The notes below the pieces were generated by a model. The model was not told the DNA's origin. It did no database searches and saw only the letters and a list, made by a program, of their open reading frames with translations. Below are positions 12,823-26,201 of a stretch of DNA of 64,000 nucleotides, piece by piece; the stretch's first letter is position 1, and each line of letters begins with the position of its first letter. The stretch spans positions 3,658,001 through 3,722,000 of the forward strand of contig CM068757.1 of NCBI GenBank assembly GCA_035084275.1, read 5' to 3'. The position numbers and the translations under genes are program-made. The stretch comes from Hydrolagus colliei (Eukaryota).

Positions 12823-14010
12823 ACTGTGTTTGTACATATATAGGACAAGCATATATATATATATATATACATGCTTATATATATGCTTGTCCAAGAACAC
12901 TCAGAGAAATCCTTTAAATAAAACATACAATCACTCTTCAGTAGAGTACATGGAGACAAATGCCACGGATGTGAAAGGTGTTGCTGGGATTACCAATGAC
13001 GTGCTAATGGTTGTTGAAGCAATCTCTTTGCCTCCTTTTTCTGACTCACCAGCTCCCTTTGGGGGTTTTTCTCACGTCATTGAGGGACTGTGGGTCATTC
13101 ACAGATCATCGACTGCAGGCAAAATTCAGCACTGTGCCTGCCTCCCTCTGGTCATGTAAAAAGGCCTCTGGTCATTGACAAGCAGGCTTTGAGCTTTTAT
13201 CAATCGGGTGTACTAAAAATAACCCCTTTCATTTTTTGGGTCATTTTGCAAATTAAGAGTTGGTTCTCTTGTGCAGCAAGGCTCCGTTTGAGATTTATAA
13301 ATTGTGAATTTCAATTTCGTCAGACGAGTAACTACTTTGTTCAGCAATTGCAAATCTAACACAGGGTTTTTTTTAAAAAAATCTTCCTCAGTTGCAATTA
13401 AAAACATATTCCGAGAACAACAGCTTCTTATTATAAGCACATGTACTAGATTCTCAGCAAATGTTGCTAGATTTATGTTTTTTTTGTGCGCTGGTTTTTA
13501 CAATATGCGCTTTCTAGTTCCAAATAATGTAGAACAAGTTTGTATTTTGTCAAATAAATCAAATTCTCTAAAGGGGTCATATATGTGGCCTTAACAGTAA
13601 ACCTGTTATGAGCATGGTTCAGTTTAAAAGGGTCACAACTGCGGATTTGTTATAGAATTCAGTTTGCAGACACATTGAACTGCATTGCACTATTCACATC
13701 TCAATTCAACTTCTCCAGGTTTCGATTGCATTGTATGTTTAAACCACTCTGTGCGTCAGATTGCACCTTGAACTATAAACATATGCGCTACAGTAAATCT
13801 CGGGACAGATGGTAAGCAGTGATGCAAAAAATACTATTTACACCATCCCCAATTTGATGCCATTTACTTTGGGGCTTTTTTTTAAATAGTCCTAAGAATG
13901 TGGAGCTTTTTTAAAAAATATATATATTATAGTCAATAAATTTGCACCATTCAGAGAGTCCTTTTTATATTCAGAACAGCTCCAAATTTGTAAAAGGAAT
14001 CTGAATGCAG

Positions 14011-14330
14011 TAATAATAATAATCCTTGCATTTGATATAGCGCTTTTCAGGTCTTCTAGACGTCTCGAAGCGTTTCACAGAATATACTGTAAAGTGAATT
14101 GACTGTATATTTGTGGGTGAAATATGGCAGCCAATTGCACACAGCAGTGTCCCACAAACAATCGTGGATTGAAATGACCAATTTGTTATTGTTTTGTTTG
14201 GATGGATTATTATTAAGTATGTGTGTGGAGTAAGGAAACTTGCACAAGGTTTTGTCCTAATGTGCCTAGATTCGAAACACAGGTCTCACGCTTGTAAGGC
14301 AAGTGCTCTAACCACTGATCTACAGGACTC
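14011..14330 (-). mobile_element. tRNA-derived SINE, short form, full length
   Basis: Minus-strand head gagtcctgtagatcagtggttagagcacttgccttacaagcg; well-preserved body and tail. Confidence 0.93.
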
Positions 14331-17186
14331 ATAAGCTGAAGTGAAGGTTTCGAACCTCTGCACCTAATCAGGTTAATTAAGGGTCGTTATGATGTCTTTT
14401 ATAATACTGAGTGATTGATTTTGCTCATAGTCCTGGTGGAAGGCCTGGTAGAAGACCTTATATGGGGAGCAATCTCTAGTGTATTTCTCAAATACTGTAC
14501 AAACTTGCTGCAGTAATTCTACCCTCCAACCATGTGGTAACCACCAAAAATGAGGCGCTATGGTAATCTCATACAGAAACAGGAGTTATCTTTTAGCATT
14601 TTCTTCATGCTCTGTGTATGTTATATGAAATTTATGTACATATATATTTGGATAAATAATGCAGGCAACAGATATAATCAATAAATGACAGAGTTGGAGC
14701 CTCAAGTTAGGGATTCCAAGTAGGATAGAGTCTTTCTGCCTTGCTCCCAACCTGCCATTCAAACCCCACCTTAAGACCCATCTCTTTGTTTATACTTTTG
14801 GACTCCACTCTTCCCCCCTCAACTCAGGCTCCTAGTCAGTTAATGTGAAGTACTTCAAGGTCGTCATCCGACATGAAAGCCACTTGTTTAGGTTGGAGGT
14901 TCCAGGTTCACTCTGTATCGCTTAATAACCAGTTTGAAAGTTCTCAACCCTCGTTGGTTAGATCCATGAAAAACCCAGTATCCAGTCAACCAGCAGAACT
15001 CCTCCCACACACTCATAGGGATGCCAAATGGACTGAATGTTTCTTGGGTATCTAGCAGATAATCATTTGCACCTGAAAATTCTGGTATTTATTTTCTGCA
15101 TTTATTTTCCCAGGTTGAATCCATTCGACAACTCCGTTTAACCAATCAAAGAAAAATAGTTATGATCTGCGCAGTGCAGCATTGTGCTGTTTTATGGAAG
15201 AAATAACGTGCTGAATGTATTATTTATTACAAGGCAAGGTTGCAAATAAAGACTGCACTACATGTCTCTGCCCACTGCAGGTGGCACAACACAACTCATT
15301 TGGCAAACTAGAGACACCAGAGCCAATTTTTCATTGACATGTGCATAAAGAAACAGTAGGGCACAACTTCCCCAATTTTAGCCAATCTGTTAGGAAGGTT
15401 CGTCAGTCAGTCTGACTTTCTGCTGCGCATTACTCTGCTGTTGGAAGCATTTCTCTTCACTTCCAGTGGAAACATTCCATCAACCGGCTTTAAAGCGGGA
15501 AGAGTAGCAACCAGTCCGCAACTCACACGTGAACCTTTTTCTGGGTTAATGCATTTAGGACTTCAAAGCTTTTGCGGTTCAGTAATTTGTATATTTGAAT
15601 TCGATATTACTCACTGAAAGGCAAATTCCTAAAGAAAAGTAAAACAAAATCAGTTCAGCTTGGAAGATACGTTTCTTAAAAAAATAGCAAAATTCAATTA
15701 GACTTTACTTATGGATTGATTGATCATAGCTGTCCGGGGCAAATGGAACAAAGCCAAAATTTTAATTCAGACTCATTTATCTGGGACCAAAGTGTTTATT
15801 GTTTAAGAGGCACTGTTCAATACATAAACACTTCCTCTCCTCAATCAGGTCTCCGACCTGCATACCCCATGTCAAACTAGCGTTCCTTTTATGTTCATCC
15901 AATGTGGAAGAGCTTAAAGGAAAAGCGCATTCCACTAAACTGTCATCGAAACTTCTGGTTGGACAAGGATCAGACACAAGTTTGGCAGCGTCTCCCAATC
16001 ACACCTTCAACACAAGCATTCAATGTTGAAACACCTCTTAGGCCATCCTCTCCGCAGAACTGTGTAAACCCCACTCTTCACAAAAATGTGGGGTGGTGTG
16101 GAGGGGAGATACACTTGAAAGAGAATGTAGGAAAGATAGAGAAAGAAACAGATAGAAAGTAATGGTGAAAGGTGAAAAGAAACAGGAAATTGCAAGATGG
16201 AGTGGATTAAAAGAAAGGACGCAGCTATTTAGATAAAAAGACGTTTGCTTAGGGCTAGAGAAAGATAAATGAATTGGGAGTGGGTACCACACATGGGGTG
16301 AGGGTCACTGAAGTCTTATTCAGTTCCTTTTCTATAAATGTTAAATGTGGTAGAAGGAGTACAGTGAAATCAGTCATCCCGATTACCTTTATTAAAGAGC
16401 CACTTGTCTCGAAGCCAGCTGCTTCGGAATTTAATTAAAATCCACCTCCATACAGCCTCAGCCACTAGAATGAATGTTAGTTACATAAAATAACTGGAGG
16501 GAGGCTGTATTGGGAGCTAACAACCGTTAAATAAATTTTATGACCTCAGTTTAACAGTACTAATTGTGATTGTATGTAGGGCATAGCATTTCACCCTGTT
16601 TGTCACTTGGGTCACCAAGTCTGCTGGAAATAAATTGCCGTAGAGGCTTCAGTCCTCGAGTCGATATTTAACACAGCGACAATATTGCTTACCTTGTACA
16701 TACAGATAACACATTTTATTTTCCAGTACTTACCAAACTAGCTTGCTGTGCCACAAACCCACTTGTGTTCATCATGATGCCTGCCATTTTGGTATCATTC
16801 TGTTGTGTTGATCACTGTTTTTGTTCTCCTAAACACTGTCAGCTCTGAAATGTCACTCCTTTATTCTAACCTTTTCATGAACTGATGACTTTTTATTGTG
16901 CACAGACTTGTATTCAGGCAACGCCTATTCGTCTTCTCCGAATGATTGATTCTTCTTTTATAAAGATCACAAATTTTCTTCTCAAGAGAGCAGCGTTCTG
17001 CTGAGGAGAATACCTTTCTTGCCAGCATCTAATGAACGTAGGTGGATTTTTTAATGTGCATAGCTGTGCTCAGGTAAAACAATTACTGATCGCACAGAGG
17101 CAGGATTTGTTCCTGCAATAGCACATCTCAAACTTTGACACATATATATATATATATATAATATATATATGTGTGTGTGTGTGTGT

Positions 17187-17492
17187 AGCTCCTGTAACTC
17201 AGTGGTTAGAGCACTTGCCTTATAAGCGTGAGAACTATGTTCGAATCCAGGCAGATCAGAGCAAAATCTTGGCCAAGTTTCCTTACTCCACACGCCTAAT
17301 AATAATCTATCCAAAAAAAAACACAGTAATAAAAAAATTGGTCATTTCAATCCACGACTGTTTGTGGGCAAGTGGCTGCCGCGTTTTGCCCACAAATATA
17401 CAGTCAATTCACTTTACAGTATATTCTGTGAAGCGCTTTGACACGTCGATAAGATGTGAAAACCGCTATATCAAATGCAAGGATTATTATTA
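17187..17492 (+). mobile_element. tRNA-derived SINE, short form, full length, between (TA)n arrays
   Basis: A-box-like TAACTCAGTGG, B box GTTCGAATCC and tail cgctatatcaaatgcaaggattattatt. Confidence 0.93.
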
Positions 17493-18158
17493 TATATTTA
17501 TATATATATATATATTCACTGTATCTCACAAAACAAAAGCTCCTCAATTCCAATGAAGAGTTGGGACATTTAACAGCAATACAAAGTTTCTTCCAATGTC
17601 ACGGCTGACAATGCCTGAAATAACATTCGTCATTCACATCATGGCTTAGTGGGCCTGTGCTGTGCACAAATTGATGCCCCATTCAAACAAAATTGTTCAA
17701 TTTTGAAAGTCGTTAACAAAGTGTCTAATTTAAAACCTCGATTCTGTGTAACTCTTACATCTGACTGATTTGCACAGTTCAGAATGAAGCCAGTTGCTAA
17801 ACCTGTTTCACACTCACTTAGACCATTGATAAAATGCCATGACTAAATACTTGACTGTGCTACATAATTTGCTTAAATTTTTTTTCTGCCAAGCTGTGAA
17901 AAATTTAATTTATACGGCAAGGTTTTTAAGTGATATGGGAATATATTCTACTCTCCTACACCAATGATCATAGGTTGTAACAGATCATTTGATTTGTTTG
18001 TGATTATTCCGAGATGAATCCTACAATGAAGCAGCGCAAAATTGAATTCCGATTTGACAATAGCAACAAGATGTCCTGAAACTCAGTCATTTAGAAACAA
18101 TTCAAAATTCAGTCCAATTAAGCCTGTGCCTAAATAAAGCTGTACATGACCATCATTA

Positions 18159-18520
18159 GGAGTCCTGCAGCTCAGAGGTTAGAGCACTTGCCTCACAAGT
18201 GAGAGACCTGGGTTTAATTCCCGGTAGTCTGAAATGTTGGTCAAGTTTCCTTATTCCACACACCACTGTTTACCCAGCAGTAAGTAGGAACCCGGTTGTT
18301 AGTCAATTGGCAGATCGCTTTTCCAGGCGTAGTAATGCCTTTTAAAAAAAATTGGTCACTTCAATCCACATCTGTTTGTGGGACATTGTTGTGTGCAAAG
18401 TGGCTGCCGTGTTTTATCCACGAAATATACAGTCAAATCACTTTACAGTATATTCTGTGAAGCGTTTCGGGACGTCTGGAGGAGGTGATTGGACATCAAA
18501 TGCAAGGATTATTATTATTA
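18159..18520 (+). mobile_element. tRNA-derived SINE, long form (with Meta-like segment)
   Basis: Head ggagtcctgcagctcagaggttagagcac, segment ctgtttacccagcagtaagtaggaacccggttgttagtcaattggcagatcgc, Deu part and (TTA)n tail. Confidence 0.92.
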
Positions 18521-19499
18521 TATCTCAACAAGTACAGATATATTTACATTTCAAGAATGTTTGCAAGCAGACGGGTGGCTGTCCGTGTCCCTGATCTTTT
18601 CCGCCCTCTCTTGCAGAGGATTTCTCCTTGCCTGGGTTCGACCTGGCTCAGCAATGGAGATTAAACTAAAATGCAAAGCTTATTGATCAATGTAACATTT
18701 GCTGCATGGCAAACCAGCCAATTAAGGTTGGAACAGCCAACATTTTCGGAACAAGGAATTTGCTTGTTCAATCCGTGTCCGGTTTTCTCTTCACACCTGA
18801 GGTTCAGGGATGAGTGGATCTGAGCCACTTCAGAGGCATAGAGTTTGCGTCATCGACTCCACAGACCAGATGTATTAGACTGTATTTACATATTGAATCT
18901 GGCATCTTTTTGTACAGCTGTCAGTGACGAGATGACGCTTCACCACGCAACCTATATTATCTCATGAGTTTATCAACAAAACAAATAGGCTCTGGCATAC
19001 AATTGCCCTGAGATCGTTAGGCCTTTAAAGCGTATTGTTTTGAAAAACGTTATCATTCGCAGCCCCTGCAGGGATAAGTTTTTAGCGCCTGTGGATTTTA
19101 GAATCACTTAAAGAAACAGTTATTAGTCTGCCTGTGCAGCCGATACACTAATTCCATTTAATATTTTAATAAAGTTTACCGGAGCCTTCATTAACCCTAT
19201 AAATCCATACATGATTCACCGATAGAAAGTGTAAACCTGATTGCTTGTGACTGACACAAGCATGCCTTAATCTTGGTACTGATCATTATTAGGACCAAAG
19301 AGGGAGGAATGATCAAGGAAGTGTTCACGAACAGGGGAACTGATCTATTGCTAATTCATTCAGGATTATTAATATTTAAGAAAGCAGAATAGTGTGAGAA
19401 CCTTTAATAAGATTTAATGCTGCTAGCCTGCTGGCAAATGATCAAACATCGGCCTGGCTTTCTTCATCATTCCATTCAAATTATTTTGTAGAGGCACAC

Positions 19500-19812
19500 T
19501 TTACTTGTGGGCCTCCCCAACACCTCCCTCCACAGGCTGCAGATCACCCAGAATTTGTGTTCTCTCCCATACGAGGCTCTGTGACCCTATCAACACCATC
19601 CTCTCCCAATTCCACTGGCTTCCCATCACACAGAAGATACAGTTCAAGGTCCTGGTCCTCAAATTCAAAGCTCTCCTTCAAGACCCACCGTAAGGCCCTC
19701 CTCTTTGACCTCATTCCCCCCCTGCCCTCCCCAATTCCCGCCCCCAGTTCGGGTCTGAAATACTGTACTGTCTGTCCAATCCCTTGTGACGTGAAAGGCA
19801 CTATACAAATGG
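19500..19812 (+). mobile_element. L2-clade LINE ORF2 C-terminal fragment plus 3' tail, internally deleted
   Basis: DPINTILSQFHWLPITQKIQFKVLVLKFKAL matches the L2 pattern HITPVLxxLHWLPVxxRIxFKILLLxFKAL; ends gacgtgaaaggcactatacaaatg. Confidence 0.88.
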
Positions 19813-19999
19813 GAATTTGCCCAGAAAGATGCGTTTTGAGAGGAAGAAAAAAGAAACAGCTTTCAACGAACGGCACTTCTGATAACATCAAACTCAAGTG
19901 GAATCCTGTACTGAGAACTAAAATCCTAAAGTGAGACTTTAATTCCCCTCACTGTTGTTCCAGAAGCAATTGTGTTCCCAACCGATCCGCACTGAAACC

Positions 20000-20430
20000 C
20001 AGCAAGGAGGTCATGTTAAATCTGTACAATCCATTAATCAAGGTGCAATTAGGAGCATTCCATTCAGTTTTGAGCTCCTGATTTCAGAAAATACATCACA
20101 CAGGGATAAGAGGTAAAATGGTGAGACCTCAAAAGGCTGGGACTGTTAAATTAGAGCAAACAAGGTTCAACAGGAGGCTGAAATTCAGCAGAAGTTTTGA
20201 AAATGAGTGTTTTATGCGGTAAATTGTTTAGCATTAACACTAGAAAAGGAATACAAAGTCCATTCAGTTAAAACACACATTAGGATAATAAAAAAACAAT
20301 ATTAAAGGGGATGGGGGAAAGAGCAGGGGAAATGGGATTAAAGTAGATAATTCCAGTGGGGGAGCTACAAACAGCACACAGTGGGCCAAATGATTTCTTT
20401 TTGTTCTGCAAACGTTCTATGATTCTACGC
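20000..20430 (+). mobile_element. CR1 LINE 3' portion, decayed
   Basis: aaggaggtcatgttaaatctgtacaa (KEVMLNLY), aggctgggactgtt (RLGL) and the 3' end gggccaaatg...ttctatgattcta. Confidence 0.8.
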
Positions 20431-23400
20431 AGAATAAATGTTAATTCAAGGTTCCACTCCTCATCTTGCTGGGCATTCCTGGGAGACCAACAAATCTTAT
20501 AGATTCTGACACTGAGGTTGTTTGGAGGATTCCACCCCCACCAGTAACAGTGGCAACCTGGTGCTTCACATAAATATACATCAGGCAAGGAGCAGAGTTT
20601 TCATTTCTCTGGCAAGCCGAATCAAACTGGTTTCCTGCCCCTTTCATTTTATTTTCCAATTTATCCTTTGTTGTTTTAAATCATTCGTCAAAAGCTAACA
20701 TTAGTGCTCACGATACTTCAGCGTTGCAGAAATGGGGTGAAAAATCGATTGAGCGCAGAGAATAATCATTAAGCTGCCTGCCCCCAAGTGCTTCAGTGAT
20801 GATATTCCTGCCAGAAATTAACAATTTTTAACAACGAAAAAGTGTTTTTGTAAATAAAAGCTGGGTCAAGATGCACTAATAGCTCATTGTAATGTTCTCT
20901 TCTGGTGCTGTATGAGAAAACAGTAACAGGGCGGATTATAATGAGGATATATTTCTCCACATTTTTTTTTACTGATCATAAACAATCACCACGACCGAGA
21001 CTGGGGCATTGTAATGAGATATAGGAGTTTTTTTTATATAAAAAAAAGTAGCAGAAGTAATAGAGTAGAATTTTCAATTCGAAATCTTCCACTGTCAATC
21101 CTCTTTCCCATTTATTCTGGATGATCTAAAGCTCCATTATTCTTTACAGCGCCCCTCATTTCCAATTGATAAAAGTACGGAAAAGTCTACATTATAAATA
21201 GCACCGTCTGTCTACATCTTTGGTGAGAATGTTTTGCTGTCACAATTGTTTCTCCTTTATTATGACCCCACGCATGTAGTGGGTGGACAAAGAGCAATCT
21301 GGCATACTTTAAGGAGCTGTTATTGGTTCTGATTGACTAACCACACTTAACATTTTGATTTTCAGCACTTCCTATGATCGATTGGCTAATGAACCTTTCT
21401 ATAAGGACATACAGCAAAATAAACAGGATAAAACACTGACTTAAGTTATTATGTCAGGGTTAATCAGCATCATGTACAGTACCTCTTTCAACCTTAGTTC
21501 ACGATATATTCAGTTGGGCAAGACGTTTTCTTAAATATAAAGAAAAACCCAGGGCAGCTAAAGCTTTAATTATCCTGGTTATAAATTACAATTGTAACTG
21601 CCAAAATGCTCATTGATAACTTAACTCCACCAATGCACCTATATAAGGCTGCTGACACTCTCTGACCAGGTCTCTTATGATTTTTCACCAGTTACCTTTT
21701 TTCTTTTGCCATCCATTTCCCTCACATGAACAGTTGAATTCAGTTGGAACAGTTTGGAGATGTGCAAATTAATTTGCTCCCCAACCTCCACCGACACACA
21801 CTCCCCCTTCCCACGTCACCCAAACGGCTTTCCAACCTGCAAACTGCGATCTTAACCCGGCACTTTCAATTGTGATTTCCTTGGGTGTTTTAAAGAATGT
21901 CAATTTTAGACATTTCATTTAAATGGCTCATTTTACGAAGAGGAAATCGTTAATTACTGTCTGTTGCAAGAAATATATATTGGGTCCACTGCATGGCTGC
22001 TCATTAAGACGAAATATCCAAATATACATTAATGTTTTTCAGAGAACCTCAGTTCAGCCTAAATATAGAATTAATTGGGATAAAGCAGATGTTAAAAGAA
22101 TGGTCATTCTCTGTGTAGCTCTGGGGATCTTGCTATTATTATCAATAAGATATTATTCATAATAATTATTATTATCCACTTGTTAAAATACTCAAAATAA
22201 CAATGAAAAGTTATGCTTTTCCCATTCCTAAGTAGGTTTCAAAGCAGGATTCAAAAATTGATCATTGAAATGGATAAAGATATATAAAGCAAGAATATGA
22301 AAAGGGAACAGAGAGAGAAAAAAAGGAAATTGAGATTAGAGCAGTTACCTCCAGTGATGGCGGGCTCACAACATTTCAAACTTCCTGGTTCCAATTGACT
22401 ATCTCCTGAGCTATAATTTCTATTGAGAACAAAATAGGTTTAACATCAGAAAGCAGAAATATATTTGTCACAACTTTGATGATAACTCACCCAGCTACAA
22501 TCCAAGCCTCTCTCCCTTTAAGAGACCTATGCTGTTTTTTGTGGGGTTTGTATACACTTCAGTGAAGAATTCCTGATCATCTGATTTTGAATGGATCTCA
22601 ATTACCTTAATCGATGGGTGTCTGATGGCAAATTCTACTGAAAAAACACAAATTAACCCTGGCTGTTTTATATTTGTGCTAATCTTTTTTTGTGCGCATG
22701 TGTTTTGTGCAAAAATAAAGTTCGCCAATTGGAAAAGCTGTTGTCCCTTGAAGTGCTCAAGTGAATAAATCATCAAATTTATTCTCTGGAAAGTCAAAAC
22801 TTGAAGGTCACTCACAGAGTGAAGATGCTCTGGTGAAGTTACTAAAGTCCCTAAGGAATCTGTCCACTGCCTTGAACTGATGTGAGTACAGTTGATCTAT
22901 TTCAGGAACAGTTGGCAGCATTTTTTAAAATAAAAACTCAATCTCTCTAAAATTTCTGTCATTTTAGCAGCATTCAATACTTTTGAATTAATGTATTTTT
23001 AAACAAATAAAAACCTTCAACTTTAAAGTGAGCTTTCAACGAGAATCTGCAATGGCCAGGAATTTCAATATTCTAACTTGTATTATTCCCATATCTATAC
23101 TGTATGTATGTTTGTATAACTGCCCATAGAAAAAAACGTATTATAAAAAAGTTGAATAATCAATTTAATTTCCTGAAGAACAGTAACACTTCCATCCGTT
23201 CCTTCTTGCCTGGACATTCCATCAAATAATCTGTGCACTTTTTAGTGAGCAGATATATAAAACAACAACAATTTGTATTTGTATAGACATGGTGTATTTA
23301 TATACACAGAGAAGCGCCCCAGAGTTCTTCACAGTGGCAGCGCAACAGTTAATTGTTTGTTGCCCTCTGACAGATGAGCTTTTAAGGAAAAATCTCCAAA

Positions 23401-25295
23401 TGGTCAAATACTACAATATTACAAGGTACATTTGGATATTGCCTTCTTTAAAACCAATTGAACAGAAGCTTACGTTCACTGGGCAATTGGCGTCACATAC
23501 CCAACGTCAATGATCTTTGTGCATGTTTCAGTGTGACACAGGACCGACAGAATAGAATCAGTATTATTTTAACAATTAGTAGAGTCAATCGCCTGGAAGT
23601 ATTTGGACTCGAGGAAGAGAGCTTTTGTTGGCCTGTAAGATACCCAGCCCAGTGGTGTGAGTGGCTATGTTTCAATATTGCAGTGGGGGTGCTAACTGCA
23701 TGGCTACTGACACCGTTTCCACCAGGTAAAGTCAGGTGCGATCACCAGCATTGAGTGAGTTCATCTCCAAAAGATCATCACACTCATTTTAACTGGTAAA
23801 ATTCCAACCAGCTGTTTGCATTTAGTTAAAAAAAACATTCCCCCAGTGGTTGGAGGTTGGATAACAGAGCCCCACACAAGCGTTGATGGGCTAATGAGCA
23901 AATCACTGGTTTTCCCCTATTCCACACCAATCTGCAAGCTGCAGCTCCCCACTCTCTCCGATCTAAATCGCTGCTGCTATTGTACCAGGGAGAGCTGCGA
24001 AGAGCTGTAGGAAGACAGACATAAATTCCTGAACCCATTCGAGCATGTTCTACTTGATTGTATTTATGTACGACATCTTCTGGTTCATGTATTCCTGACA
24101 TTCTATTTGTTGTACACGTTGGTGCTATAACAAGAGGGTAAGCTTGCAGCATTTAAGTCGAAACCTACTATTGTGTGTCTGCGCGGCTGTGTGGTTGCGA
24201 TATGTAAAACAATTAATCACTCTGACTGAAAACGGACCCATCACTATTTTGCTTTCAGGGACTTTTTGCGTGATTTTATTTGTCAGGCATGTGAATAGCA
24301 TCTTGCTACTGTGGCCTGCAAGTTAAGGCCTACTGTATGATTTGCTTACCTGATTGCACCTGGTTTACCATCATTCTGTTGCAGTCTCACATTAACCTTG
24401 TATAATTAACACTGAGGGAAATCTTACAGTCTCCAGATAGAAGTTCTGGTGAGTAAAATGGTTATTAAATGCCAACAGTGACCTGAAGTGCTCTCTTGTT
24501 CTTTCATTTAGACTGCCTCCCATTCCACTGGCCTATCTCTTATAATGAATACAGAAATCTATTGCTGTAGCGCACCACCGAGCCCGACTTCACCAAGCTG
24601 ATTCATCCTGTTCACTGGGGCTGAAAGACCAATAAAGCGACTTAAACCATGGCTTACAACCCCGAGATCTGATATGGATATCGCATGGAAGATTTAGCCA
24701 TGCACTCCACAGTATTCACTGGCTGTCAAAAGACAGTAACTACTGTCCTTCACAAATTTCCTCCCCTGACTATTTTGATTCGCTGTGGTATAGTACATCC
24801 ATCAAAGGGAATTTATTGATTCTCGGGCCCTTGTGCTCTTATCTGGACCATCTATTGCACTCATACCACAGTCTCTGAACTTATACAACATGTTCAGGGT
24901 GTTGGAAGCCATTTTTGTTTGCATATTCTATGGTTACAAAGAACATTCAAGGTCTCAATTATTTCATATGTTCACTCTCTTGCTTGACCTCATTTTCAAC
25001 TCCCTTTGGTCCCTCAAGATTTTAAGTTCCTTGCTGCCTGCCCGAATGCTGTTACAATATTGGAAGAAGATTTGGGTGTTACGTTTTCTTTTGCACCTGC
25101 TCCATCCCATTTCCAGTTCTCCCTTGATTTATGTCCTAAACATTTGCTTCTGTGTAGTCTTACACATGGCCCAATCATCATGCGTTCCCTTTTCCTCTTC
25201 ATTAGTTCATTTAATTTTCTTGTTAATCTATTTTTCATCTAATTCGCCCCCATTGTAATAATGTAGTAAAATTTGCATTTCATATAGAGCCTCTT

Positions 25296-25538
25296 AGAAA
25301 CCCAGTTGTTCGTTGATTGGCGGATCATTTTTCCGGGGGGTAATAATTGCTTAAAAAAATAAATAAATTGGTCACTCAATCCACGACTGTTTGTGGAACA
25401 CTGCTGTGCACAATGGCTGCCGCGTTTTGCCCAATACTGTATACAGTAAATTCACATTACTATATATTTCTGTGAAGCGTTTTGAGATGTCTCAAAGACA
25501 TGAAAAGTGCTATATCGAATAGAAGTATTATTATTATT
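25296..25538 (+). mobile_element. SINE long form, 5'-truncated within the Meta-like segment
   Basis: gaaacccagttgttcgttgattggcggatcattttt followed by the Deu part and tail. Confidence 0.85.
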
Positions 25539-25579
25539 TCAATTTTACAGGTTTTACTGTAAAGAACAATGACAGTATT

Positions 25580-25962
25580 TTGTGAGCAATGTCTCACAGA
25601 TTTGAAGAGAATGTCCAGTTTTATCTGGGAGAGTATTGACCCAAACACTGGGAAAAACTCCCTCCCTTCTCAAATACACAAGAATAACAACAATCCTTGC
25701 ATTTGATATAGCACCATACCACGTCATTGAGATGCCTCAAAGTGCTTCAGAATATACTGTAAAGCGGATTGACAATGCATTTTGTGGGCAAAACACAATT
25801 TAAAAACACACAGAGAATGGAATACAAATCTCCAGCAATGCAATACACCGTGAGTGTTTAGTGGAGTGTCCGACAAAACTGTATGATTTCAAATTCCCAA
25901 CTTAGTGCTTTGAACCCACAATCCTCTGACTCAGAGGCTATAGGACTACTAACTGAGCCAGG
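25580..25962 (-). mobile_element. SacSINE1-like DeuSINE interrupted by a younger SINE tail (~25683-25798)
   Basis: The head reverse complement tggctcagttagtagtcc...ctctgagtcagaggattgtgggttcaaag matches 35870-35925. The inserted tail reads aacaacaatccttgcatttgatatagc... Confidence 0.75.
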
Positions 25963-26201
25963 CTGGCACCTCGTTGTGCTGAGGTAAGCAGTTGTATTTC
26001 ATACTCTGCATGGTTTTAAAGGATATTTGTCCAGCCTTCGGCTTCTGAATGAAGCTCTGTATGCTTTCAACCTCTCTTGTTGCTTCAGTCTGTTAATTTC
26101 CACAAGTATCGACAACTGAATTACTCACGGCTCCACAGTGGCAATGTGCACCCTTGCGCAGCTCATAACAAGTATTCTCTTTCCTTAAGGGGGGGGCTTA
26201 A

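Noticed and set aside
17173-17556. Recurrent short ORFs sharing VAQWLEHL, YSVKRF or IKCKDYYY peptides (e.g. 7797, 18352, 36045, 37212, 38415, 63130)
   Set aside because: These are chance translations of the same SINE sequence, not a protein family.
24833-25258. 141-aa ORF and an overlapping EEDLGV peptide
   Set aside because: No recognisable domain and biased composition. It is possibly very old CR1 debris, but I cannot assign strand or family.
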